From: Anaerohalosphaeraceae bacterium
Lineage (GTDB): Bacteria > Planctomycetota > Phycisphaerae > Sedimentisphaerales > Anaerohalosphaeraceae
DNA length: 64,000 nucleotides
Reading direction: 5' to 3'
NCBI GenBank assembly: GCA_963675525.2
Contig: CAXXSL010000001.1
Span: 160,001-224,000 of the forward strand
The translations under genes were made by a program, and so were the position numbers. The first letter of the stretch is position 1, and each line of letters starts with the position of its first letter. Positions 1 to 8,416 of the stretch are shown piece after piece. The notes beneath the pieces were generated by a model. It was not told where the DNA came from, ran no database searches, and was given only the letters and a program-made list of their open reading frames with translations.

Positions 1-2
1 CG

Positions 3-1370
3 TCGCCGGGATATTATCTTGATTTCATCGGTCTCAGCAGTCCGGTTGTTTATGACGGCAAGGTGTATGTATATGCAAAATATTATGATGAAAACGACAT
101 TTACACAAACAACCAGATCGTCTGTTTCGATAGCGAAACCGGACAAGGCCTCTGGTATACTCCGATTGACAAGCGGATAGAGGTGCTGGGTTCGTTTTCC
201 AGTCCCTGTGTGGACACGAAAAACGATACGGTGATTATCGGGTCCGGGTATAAAGTTTTTGCGATGGATGCGGATACGGGCGATCTTGTCTGGTCGGCTC
301 AGTTGCAAAAGACCATCGTAAATGCCTCTGTTTGTTTGGCACTGGATATTGCTCCGGCTCGGGCGTTTATTACCGATTATGACGGAGGCGGCAGTCAAGG
401 CCGGATTTATTGTATCAATCTTGATCCCAATGAGCCGACGGCCAATCCATACAATCCGGGGGATATTGTTTGGAGCGACGTTCTTGGCGGGACAAGCGGA
501 AACTCGCCTGCCTATCAAGACGGCGTTGTTTATGTTGCAAGTATTACAGACCCTAATCATTGCTGGTCCTCAGGAAACCCAAATCCGACAGGGACAGTTT
601 CTGCCTATGACGCGACAGCCGAACCCAATCCAAACAGATTATGGAGAACGACCGATTCACGTTTTGAGGGGTTTTTCGGAGGGGTTTGTGTGACGAAGGA
701 GGGCTTTCTCTACGCGGCAAATTATGATTTTGGTTTTGAAGAAAACAACTCAGCATTGTGTAAGATAGGTTGCAGCGATGGTCGCGTGATATGGGAAACT
801 CAGACGGAAAAAACAAAAAGCATGCCGATTGTTGTTGGTGATATGATCTATATTTGCGGCGGACTTGACGGCTATGGTTCAAGACCGAAACTTCAAGCTT
901 TTCTAGATTTTGGCGATTCCGTACAATTGGTGTGGGAAACACCGTCTTCGTTTGCTGTCGGCGGATGGACGCATCAGCCCGTGTACGCGAATGACAAATT
1001 GTATATAGGCAAAACAGGTTCCGGCGGCTACGATTTTGGGCCCTGTACAGACCTTTATATTTTAGACACAAGATTGACGCCGCTGGATGCCGGATTTATT
1101 GTCGGCCATTATGTCGGTTGCGGCACCAGTCCCGCCGTGACCCATGACAGTCTCTATACAATCGGTTTTGATGGATTGCATAAATTTTTCCAACCTCTTG
1201 CTCTTAGCGATGTCAATCGTAGCGGAGGGGTTGATATTGTTGATTTACAGAGCTTTGCTATGGATTGGTTGTTTGATGGACCGGTTGGAGTCAAAAGGAC
1301 GGATTTTGATCTGGATGGAAATGTGAATCTTTCAGATTATGTTTTTCTGGCAAAGGAGTGGCTTCAATAA
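3..1370 (+). CDS. PQQ-like beta-propeller repeat protein with C-terminal dockerin-like (paired EF-hand) module; 5' end outside window
   Basis: Frame open from base 3 (SPGYYLDFIGLSSPVVYDGKVYV). Repeated SSP-V/AxDxxTGxxxW propeller motifs. C-terminus DVNRSGGVDIVDLQSFAMDWL...DFDLDGNVNLSDYVFLAKEWL. Confidence 0.8.
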   Translation, partial: SPGYYLDFIGLSSPVVYDGKVYVYAKYYDENDIYTNNQIVCFDSETGQGLWYTPIDKRIEVLGSFSSPCVDTKNDTVIIGSGYKVFAMDADTGDLVWSAQLQKTIVNASVCLALDIAPARAFITDYDGGGSQGRIYCINLDPNEPTANPYNPGDIVWSDVLGGTSGNSPAYQDGVVYVASITDPNHCWSSGNPNPTGTVSAYDATAEPNPNRLWRTTDSRFEGFFGGVCVTKEGFLYAANYDFGFEENNSALCKIGCSDGRVIWETQTEKTKSMPIVVGDMIYICGGLDGYGSRPKLQAFLDFGDSVQLVWETPSSFAVGGWTHQPVYANDKLYIGKTGSGGYDFGPCTDLYILDTRLTPLDAGFIVGHYVGCGTSPAVTHDSLYTIGFDGLHKFFQPLALSDVNRSGGVDIVDLQSFAMDWLFDGPVGVKRTDFDLDGNVNLSDYVFLAKEWLQ

Positions 1371-1396
1371 TTTTATCCCGGAGGGATATTCTGAAA

Positions 1397-2248
1397 ATGA
1401 GGAAAAAGATAAAGCATATACGAAGTGGATTTTCGCTGATGGAGCTACTTACAGTAATTTCTGTTATTGCTGTATTGATGGCTGTTTTGACTCCCTGTCT
1501 GGCAAGAGCAAAAAAACAAGCCAGTGCGGTTCTGTGCCTGAGTAACACCCATCAGCTTGGCATTGCGTTTTTGTGTTATGGATTAGACGATGACGATTAT
1601 GCGATGCCAAATTATGATCCGGCGACCAATACCTACTGGTGGGGCCAACTCGATACCTCCGGCATCGATCATACCAAGGGGTATGTCTGGCCCTATCTTC
1701 AAAGCGGTCTTAAGAAAAAAAGCGTTTTTGAATGTCCATCGCAAAAATTCGGTACTTATAGACTTCAAGGAAAGCCGCCGACATCACCGGAAAGCCCGAA
1801 TTGGATTACCAGTACCTATGGTTATAATGGATATTATTTATGTCCCCCCCGGAGTCCCTGGATGAATATTCGTCACCGACCGTGGAAAAAATTAGCTGAT
1901 GTTCCGTGTCCGGATCGGTTGATCGTTTTTGGTGATGCAATGTTAGACTGGGATATTTCTCCTGCTGCTTCTGATTTATCCAATACCGCTATGATCGATC
2001 CGCCATATATATTGAACGCCAGCGGGTCATCCTGGGTTGAGAATACATCTCCAACAACTTCTTTTAGGCACAATGAAAAAGCAAATATTCTTTTTGTTGA
2101 CGGGCATTGTGAAGGAATGGATATTAATGGAGGTACATACACGTCACCGGATGTCTTTATCGGATCCATTAAGGATGAGAATGCGCCTCACTATGTTCCG
2201 GATTGGGATTCCTGGGTAACGGCCGGTAATGGCAGAAGAAGGAAATAA
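1397..2248 (+). CDS. Prepilin-type N-terminal cleavage/methylation protein (DUF1559-like, H-X9-DG motif)
   Basis: G|FSLMELLTVISVIAVLMAVLTP, CLSNTHQLG, FECPS, YGYNG and C-terminal RHNEKANILFVDGH. ATG at 1397 chosen as start. Confidence 0.9.
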   Translation: MRKKIKHIRSGFSLMELLTVISVIAVLMAVLTPCLARAKKQASAVLCLSNTHQLGIAFLCYGLDDDDYAMPNYDPATNTYWWGQLDTSGIDHTKGYVWPYLQSGLKKKSVFECPSQKFGTYRLQGKPPTSPESPNWITSTYGYNGYYLCPPRSPWMNIRHRPWKKLADVPCPDRLIVFGDAMLDWDISPAASDLSNTAMIDPPYILNASGSSWVENTSPTTSFRHNEKANILFVDGHCEGMDINGGTYTSPDVFIGSIKDENAPHYVPDWDSWVTAGNGRRRK

Positions 2249-2287
2249 ATATTGAAATTTCCTGCTTCGTCGGTTATATTTTGCCGC

Positions 2288-3052
2288 ATGGAGAATCAAG
2301 GGCTTTGTCACAGTTTGATATCGTATTTATCCTCGCATCTTTCAAAGGCATCCCATTTATTCTGGCCGGGGCGATGTCTTGTCTGTCAAAACAATATCAA
2401 TCCGGACGATGAGGGACTCTGTGTAGATTGCTGGCAAAATTTATCCAAATCGGTCGCGTCCGATTACTGTCGCAGTTGCGGCAGGGAGGTCAGCGCCTTT
2501 GGAATCGTCAACGGCCGGTGCGGATTTTGCCAGGATAAACATTTCCATTACGACGGTATTGTGCGGGCAGGTTTATATGAAACCACGTTTCGCTCGCTCA
2601 TTCTGGCGTTCAAATTCAGCGAAAAAACAGAGCTTTTGGCTCGGCTTGCAGCCATGCTGAAACAGACCGTTACCGCTGGCGGATTTTACGATGAAATTGA
2701 AATGGTCGTTCCGGTACCCCTGCACTGGCGGCGGAAACTTTGGCGGGGCTATAATCAGTCATATTTGCTGGCAAAACAGATCAAACTGAAAGATAAAGCC
2801 GTTTCGACGGATCTTGTCCGTATCCGTAACACGCAGCAGCAATGGGATTTAACGCCGCCCCAACGCCGCCGCAATGTCAAAGGGGCGTTTGCCGTGCGAA
2901 AGGGACATCCCTTTATCGGTAAAACAATTCTTCTGGTTGATGATATTTCCACCAGCGGCGCAACATTGAACGAGTGTGCTAAAATGCTTAAAGCCGCGGG
3001 GGCGAAGAAAGTCTATACCGCTGTTCTGGCGACGGCTTTTCATGATGATTGA
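2288..3052 (+). CDS. comF: ComF family protein (double zinc ribbon plus phosphoribosyltransferase-like)
   Basis: CxxC pairs, VPVPLHWRR..RGYNQS, LLVDDISTSGATLNECAKML. Confidence 0.9.
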   Translation: MENQGLCHSLISYLSSHLSKASHLFWPGRCLVCQNNINPDDEGLCVDCWQNLSKSVASDYCRSCGREVSAFGIVNGRCGFCQDKHFHYDGIVRAGLYETTFRSLILAFKFSEKTELLARLAAMLKQTVTAGGFYDEIEMVVPVPLHWRRKLWRGYNQSYLLAKQIKLKDKAVSTDLVRIRNTQQQWDLTPPQRRRNVKGAFAVRKGHPFIGKTILLVDDISTSGATLNECAKMLKAAGAKKVYTAVLATAFHDD

Positions 3053-3103
3053 GATTCAAATTTATATCCGATTTCACGGATCGTATGAATAAAACTGCGG
3101 TCT

Positions 3104-3471
3104 ATTGGGTTTGATTGGGTTCGCGTGGCGCTATTGAAAACGGGGGTGTTGCGTCCGTTGGGGGGGTTGGATGCAGTCTATTGCATTTCTGTCGAGGGGG
3201 GTACTTGGGGGGTCAAATTGGGTTCGTTTTTTTGGGGTTGGCGGGGTCAAAAAAGGGGATTTTTTATTTTGTCAAAGCTAAATCGGCGATTCCGGGCTGG
3301 AAACGCCTTGCGCGAGTAGGGGGTACTTGGGGCCGAAATTGGCTTTGGATTGGGTTCGATTGGGTTCGATATTTGGTCGTTAGTCGCTGGTGAATCGTCG
3401 TTAGTGTCGTTAGTGTTGTTGAGAAACGCATTCATAGCGATTTCGTTAAGTTTGAAAATGGCTTCGTTTCG
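3104..3471. repeat. Four periodic clusters of an ATTGGGTTCG/ATGGCTTCG motif (minus strand CGAACCCAAT)
   Basis: Clusters at about 3104, 3215, 3336 and 3455. GGGGGTACTTGGGG precedes the 3215 and 3336 copies. Confidence 0.7.
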
Positions 3472-4134
3472 TTTTTTTTGTGTTTGTGCAGCGGGGGGGA
3501 TCGCTTCGTTGGTTTTGCGGACGGCCTGGATTTTACGGAGTTCGAGAATTGCCTTATACAGTCTGCGTTCGATCTGGCCCTGATAACGCAAAAGCCGTTC
3601 GAGGATGTTCGATTCCCTGAAATCTTCTATCGCAATACAGCCCAGTACGGTATTCGTGGGCGCATCTACGTTGGGGGACAGAAGGGCGGCGAGTTTGTCG
3701 ACGGCGGCGCTGAATTTTTTCGGCCGGTTTGTATGGAGAGCCGCATTCATGGTGTCGGAAAGATCACGCAGTTGGGACGGACGGATGCGGTGCTGCTGTT
3801 GGGCGTCGATACGGGCGACGACATCGCCTTTATTGCTGAGTACGTTCAATACGCCGGACTCCATCCATTCAGCGCGTTTGATGCGCCAGGTGAGGGCGAT
3901 GATGCGTTCGGCGAGCATCTGTTCGACGGGGCCGGCCGGAGCGAGGTCGATGAGCATTTTGGCGCTGAGGGTGTTGAATTCGGTGCGGTCCTCGTTGTCG
4001 ATGATGACATGGTTGGCGGTGAGGCCGTGAGTGGCGGCGTTTCGGGCGGCGATGAGCTTGCCAGCGGGGGTTTTTGGGCCGGTTGATTTTTTGGCGTTTT
4101 TGCGGTTTGCTTCGATCTGGGCGGGTGTTGCCAT
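3247..4134 (-). CDS. Hypothetical protein with ANRKNAKKSTGPKT..GK...RNA..HGL N-terminal motif
   Basis: ATG at 4134 with GAAGGA RBS. Central P.GP.EQMLAERI...WR..R and L.RY...IER motifs. C-terminal NEAI/NPIEPN low-complexity tail. Confidence 0.75.
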   Translation of the reverse strand: MATPAQIEANRKNAKKSTGPKTPAGKLIAARNAATHGLTANHVIIDNEDRTEFNTLSAKMLIDLAPAGPVEQMLAERIIALTWRIKRAEWMESGVLNVLSNKGDVVARIDAQQQHRIRPSQLRDLSDTMNAALHTNRPKKFSAAVDKLAALLSPNVDAPTNTVLGCIAIEDFRESNILERLLRYQGQIERRLYKAILELRKIQAVRKTNEAIPPAAQTQKKRNEAIFKLNEIAMNAFLNNTNDTNDDSPATNDQISNPIEPNPKPISAPSTPYSRKAFPARNRRFSFDKIKNPLF

Positions 4135-4150
4135 AATGACTCCTTCGTCA

Positions 4151-4333
4151 TAAGTTCCAATTTCCAAACTCTAAATTCCAAAAAGTGGGCGGGGGTGGAA
4201 TTTCCTTCTTTTTGCTCTCATTATGAGGATGGTATTAAATTTTGTGTATTTTAGCATAAATTAGATGTTTGTCAAACATGAATTTTGATTTTATCAAAAT
4301 TAAATTCCACGTTCCAGACTCTAAATTCCAAGC
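4151..4333. repeat. Two blocks of degenerate heptamer tandem repeats (YAAATTC-like)
   Basis: taagttc caatttc caaactc taaattc at 4151; taaattc cacgttc cagactc taaattc at 4301. Confidence 0.6.
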
Positions 4334-4677
4334 AAATATGGCTGGTTTTTGGGTTTTAACCACTGAAGACGCGGAATGACACTGAAAAAGAGGGTTTAAT
4401 CATAAAGGACAAGTTTTTGGGGAATTTTGTTGTTATGGGTATTGTTGGTCGGTAGAATTTAGTTCAAGGACACATGAATACAAGAACACAGGAACTCAAG
4501 AATAGTGGAGCCGCCGGAGGCGGTGGTTTTTGATTGCAACTTTGAGGTGCTTCATCGGTTTTTTACGCGAAACAGGGTAGAGGGAAATCAGCCGGACTGC
4601 GGCTGTTTGAATAGAAGGTTTATCAATGTTGGCGGGCGTCGGGTTTGATAATAGAAAATGGCGGAAGGGATGTCAAA

Positions 4678-4696
4678 AAAGGTGTCTGACCCCTTT
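4678..4696 (+). repeat. REP-like imperfect palindrome AAAGGTGTCTGACCCCTTT; left boundary of AT-rich cassette
   Basis: TGTCTGACCCC at 4683-4693; exact reverse complement GGGGTCAGACA at 6346-6356. Confidence 0.65.
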
Positions 4697-4698
4697 AA

Positions 4699-4863
4699 TT
4701 TATCTCAGACCCAGCGCAAGAAGCACAATATAAAAATTGTACCAAAGAAGCCGACAAAGATCTGGCAGAATGTGCAAAAGGGATAAACGTTTGCTTTTTA
4801 AGTGATTTCGAAAAAGCAATAAAACGAGCATTAATCGAATTGGTTTTCGGATGGGACAAATGA
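4699..4863 (+). pseudogene. Headless 54-codon ORF fragment (Cys-containing C-terminal tip)
   Basis: FISDPAQEAQYKNCTKEADKDLAECAKGINVCFLSDFEKAIKRALIELVFGWDK*. No start codon at its 5' end; its TGA overlaps the next ATG (ATGA). Confidence 0.5.
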
Positions 4864-6326
4864 AAAAAATAATTGATACCGGCGATGCTTTCCTGTTTGT
4901 AATATTTATGCTACTTTGCGTCCTAATTTCAGAATGCAAAGCGGAAGCAAAAAATAATTATGCAGAATCCTCAATGTATCTATGCATGAGCCTTAATAGA
5001 TTTTCTGATATTAAAGATCAAGATATTCGGCAAGAAACACTAAAATACATTATTAATTTTTATATACAACATAATCGTTTTTCTGAAGCTATGGATCTTG
5101 AAAATCAGATAATCTCAGCCGATGATAAAGTTCAGATTTATTCTGATATTGCAATTCAATTGCACCTCAATCATGATGAAGTTGAAGCAAGAAAATACCT
5201 TAAATATGCTCAGGATATATCAACGGCATCTCTTCCGTCAATAGAGACTATCTCCGAGAAACTCAAAAAACATCTAAATACTAACGATAAGAGGAATCAT
5301 GAAGTAATTAGTCAAGCGCAATCATGGGCTTTTAGTAGAAATTCTCGCGCAAATTACCTTCTCGCAAAAACACACGCTATACTGGGAAATATTCAGGAAG
5401 CACTTGAGATTATTGCTTTGATGAGACAGGATTCGAGCGAAGAACAATGGGATGATTTTGCATCCATATCTGTTGTGTCCAGGCAGGTTACGCAATCTGG
5501 TTTATCGGAAGCTTTAAAAACAACTCAGGCAATCTCAGCGAATGACCTTCGAGATAGGGCGTACCTTGAGATTATAAAACAACTTATATCCAGCGAACAG
5601 ATTGACAAAGTCGACCAAATATTAAATGAAATAAAAAGTACTTATAAGCGAGAACAGGCAATAAGCTCACTATCAGTCTATTATTTTGCTCAAGGAAAAA
5701 ATTCCTGGACAGAAGAATATCTCAATAGAATTTCTACAAAAGAAGGAAAATTGTATGTTTATTCAGCTTTAGCTGCAATATCTAAGGAAGTTGGAAATTT
5801 GGAGTTAGGAAAGGAATATCTAAAAAAAGCGATAGAAATAAATAATGGTCATATATTCGAAGAAAGAAAAGACGTTGAAGCATTAAAAAAAGAATTATTA
5901 TCTGTGAAAGAGCCTAATGAGGGGCTTAAGATACTGGAAGAGATTAGTGGTTTACTGGAGAGCAGAGCATTAGATAGTAAAAAGAGCGAGTTGTATTTGG
6001 AATTTATACAATCACTGCTTGTTTATGATCTTGCAGAGGAAGCTTATAAAAATGCCTTAAAATTATCTAATCCTAATTATAAAGACGATGCCTTGATAGA
6101 GATATCTTTGTATTATGTTAAAACAGAAAAAGACAGTAGTGCCTTAGAATGTCTAAGGCACTTGTCCAATGATTATAAATTACGAGATGCTTACTATTCA
6201 ATAGGAAAGCTGATTTGCGATCTTAAAATTTGGGACAGGATTGATTTTTGGCATAAAACAGCAATTTGCAGGGGTAACGAATGTCTTTTATATTTAGGGA
6301 TTGCTAATGCCTTAGAGGTGAATTAA
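4860..6326 (+). CDS. AT-rich secreted alpha-helical (TPR-like) hypothetical protein
   Basis: Signal-peptide-like N-terminus MKKII...FLFVIFMLLCVLISECKA, then repeated helical units; visibly AT-rich. Confidence 0.7.
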   Translation: MKKIIDTGDAFLFVIFMLLCVLISECKAEAKNNYAESSMYLCMSLNRFSDIKDQDIRQETLKYIINFYIQHNRFSEAMDLENQIISADDKVQIYSDIAIQLHLNHDEVEARKYLKYAQDISTASLPSIETISEKLKKHLNTNDKRNHEVISQAQSWAFSRNSRANYLLAKTHAILGNIQEALEIIALMRQDSSEEQWDDFASISVVSRQVTQSGLSEALKTTQAISANDLRDRAYLEIIKQLISSEQIDKVDQILNEIKSTYKREQAISSLSVYYFAQGKNSWTEEYLNRISTKEGKLYVYSALAAISKEVGNLELGKEYLKKAIEINNGHIFEERKDVEALKKELLSVKEPNEGLKILEEISGLLESRALDSKKSELYLEFIQSLLVYDLAEEAYKNALKLSNPNYKDDALIEISLYYVKTEKDSSALECLRHLSNDYKLRDAYYSIGKLICDLKIWDRIDFWHKTAICRGNECLLYLGIANALEVN

Positions 6327-6357
6327 AAACCTACGAGAACGAAACGGGGTCAGACAT

Positions 6358-6575
6358 GCTCTGTAGAAAAGCTCTTTGACAAGTAGGATGATAGCGATGT
6401 TGTGGGTTAGTGTAAGGAGCATCATTTCGCGACACTGCGACCAATATTTTCTGGCCTGCAAGGCCGAGCCGAAGTTTCGTTTGATCATGCTGAAGACGGT
6501 TTCGACCTGCCATCGCTGGCCGTAGTTTTCTTTGTCAAAATCGGTTCGCATTTCCCTGCGGTATGTTGTTTTCGG
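6358..6575 (-). mobile_element. Truncated IS4/IS5-type DDE transposase 3' end with terminal inverted repeat
   Basis: YGQRWQVETVFSMIKRNFG...ARKYWSQCREMMLLTLTHN (YREK-like motif). IS end GCTCTGTAGAAAAG at 6358. Confidence 0.8.
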
Positions 6576-6610
6576 CAGTGGGAAAATATTATTAAGGGCG
6601 TGGAAATTTA

Positions 6611-7327
6611 ATGGCACCGAGAACCAATCATATAGACCAAGACTTCAATGATCTACTAGACTTCCTTGCAACTAATAAGTTAGTAAAAGCCACATTTATA
6701 AAAGAACAAAAAGCCCTAGTAAGAAAAACACATCAATATGTATATTCTTTAATGTGGTGGAAGTTTCAAATCAATCCTAAAGAATACCATAAAAAAGTAT
6801 TTCTCCACGAGATGGCTTCTGATTCTATCCAGATAATACCCCAATCCCTAATGGGCTATTTCAAGACATCAAGCTTGTTAATAAGAGGGGTTGTAGAGTG
6901 TTTATTGAAGCATATCTATTATTCAGATCATCCAGTTGAATACGAACTATTGCAATTGAACGATAGTAATTATACACCCGTTCGTCAAATGTTTGACTAT
7001 TTATACAAACACCCCCTTTTTATTGCTACGGAAGAAAAATTTGATGCTATTAATAGATTGAAAGTGTTGTATGGTGATTTATCTAGTACTGTGCATGGTG
7101 TAAAAATAAAAAACTTACAAATGAAAACAGGACTAGCTAGCATTAGGCCCGAAAAAAATATATTAGTTGACATTGTAGCTTTACTTAAAAAATGCATAGA
7201 ATCCATTAATTTTATTTTGATAATATATCACAGAAACTATTTCAACAAACTTCATCTTCATGACAGAGAAGTCCTACTTCGCGCCCTACCTAAAAAAGCT
7301 AAACAGATAATATCGGGAGCAATATAA
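6611..7327 (+). CDS. AT-rich hypothetical protein, possibly HEPN-like
   Basis: 238 aa helical protein with LIRGVVEC and LYGDLSSTVHG motifs. Confidence 0.6.
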   Translation: MAPRTNHIDQDFNDLLDFLATNKLVKATFIKEQKALVRKTHQYVYSLMWWKFQINPKEYHKKVFLHEMASDSIQIIPQSLMGYFKTSSLLIRGVVECLLKHIYYSDHPVEYELLQLNDSNYTPVRQMFDYLYKHPLFIATEEKFDAINRLKVLYGDLSSTVHGVKIKNLQMKTGLASIRPEKNILVDIVALLKKCIESINFILIIYHRNYFNKLHLHDREVLLRALPKKAKQIISGAI

Positions 7328-7430
7328 TAAAGCAGGATAAAATAAAGGGGATTTAGGGGGCGGACAAGTCAATTTATTATTGACGAATGACGTTTAATTC
7401 TTGATTTTGAAGTAAAAAGGAGAGGAACAG

Positions 7431-8387
7431 TTGATTAGATTGGTTCATTATTCATTTCGGTTTGCTGAGCAAGTTTTAAACAGCCGGCTTTCTATTAAAA
7501 GGGAAATCGAAGAAATTCTTCAGAATTCAAGTATTAAACCTAAAGAACTTTCGCGTCCCCGTTTTAACGAAATTCTTGATGAGTTGTTTCAAGCTCATGG
7601 CTGGGAGAGTCAGCCGCAGGTTTTTCCAGAGCCTAAAGATCCTTCTGCCAAGATGGATTTTCTTAAAGATCGAGTGGGTGTTGAAGTGGCTTTTGGTCAC
7701 TCCTCCTTTATGGGGATAGATCTGTTAAAATTTCAAGTATCCTCCTATTCGGCACTTGATCAAATCGATAACAAAAGAAAAATTATTTCGGAGCGTTGCA
7801 AGGAACCTTTTGAAAATCTGGCTTATACGAAGGAAGTTATTGATGGGCTTTACACACTCATTGCCGGGGCAATCGGAGAAAGTGCTGTTGTAAAAGCTCT
7901 CCAACAACTATCAGATGATTTTTACCTATATAATGATTTTTCATTAAATTTTGATCCGCCCATATATAACAAGAATGATGATGACAGAATATTCAGCATT
8001 CAAATAGATCATCTACTTGTTTGCCGATCTGGGGTGTTCCTTCTCGAAACAAAAAATTGGAGCAGGCGATCAATAGAAAACTTTGACCTGAGGTCACCAG
8101 TCAAGCAGATTTTAAGAACTAACTATGCGTTATTTGTATTGCTAAATAGCGATTCAAAATTTAACGGTATCGAGCTTGAACATCATCATTGGGGTTCCAA
8201 GAAAATACCAATACGAAATGTTATTGTTATGACCAATGAAAAACCTAAAGAAGAATTCAAACATGTAAAAGTTTTGTCTCTAAGCGAGTTGAATGGTTAC
8301 ATTCAATATTTTGAGGAATTGTTTAGTGATAAAGAAGTTGAAAGCATCTTCGAATACTTAAAAAATAGAATGAATAAAAATCCATAA
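7431..8387 (+). CDS. Chimeric ORF: N-terminal BglII/BstYI-like endonuclease fragment fused to a NERD domain
   Basis: MDFLKDRVGVEVAFGH..DLLKF in aa 75-101. GAIGE, QIDHLLV, GVFLLETKNW (NERD) after about aa 113. AAGGAG RBS before TTG start. Confidence 0.7.
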   Translation: MIRLVHYSFRFAEQVLNSRLSIKREIEEILQNSSIKPKELSRPRFNEILDELFQAHGWESQPQVFPEPKDPSAKMDFLKDRVGVEVAFGHSSFMGIDLLKFQVSSYSALDQIDNKRKIISERCKEPFENLAYTKEVIDGLYTLIAGAIGESAVVKALQQLSDDFYLYNDFSLNFDPPIYNKNDDDRIFSIQIDHLLVCRSGVFLLETKNWSRRSIENFDLRSPVKQILRTNYALFVLLNSDSKFNGIELEHHHWGSKKIPIRNVIVMTNEKPKEEFKHVKVLSLSELNGYIQYFEELFSDKEVESIFEYLKNRMNKNP

Positions 8388-8416
8388 GGAAATTGATTCT
8401 TAAAGTAACGTGATTG

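Noticed and set aside
1397..3052. Competence operon (pilin plus comF)
   Set aside because: The pilin is DUF1559-type and no other com genes are present; adjacency is probably incidental.
4782..4795. Third LacI operator (GATAAACGTTTGCT)
   Set aside because: Imperfect, inside foreign AT-rich DNA and far from sugar genes.
4860..8387. Integron cassette array
   Set aside because: No attC-like RYYYAAC...GTTRRRY sites recognised and no integron integrase.
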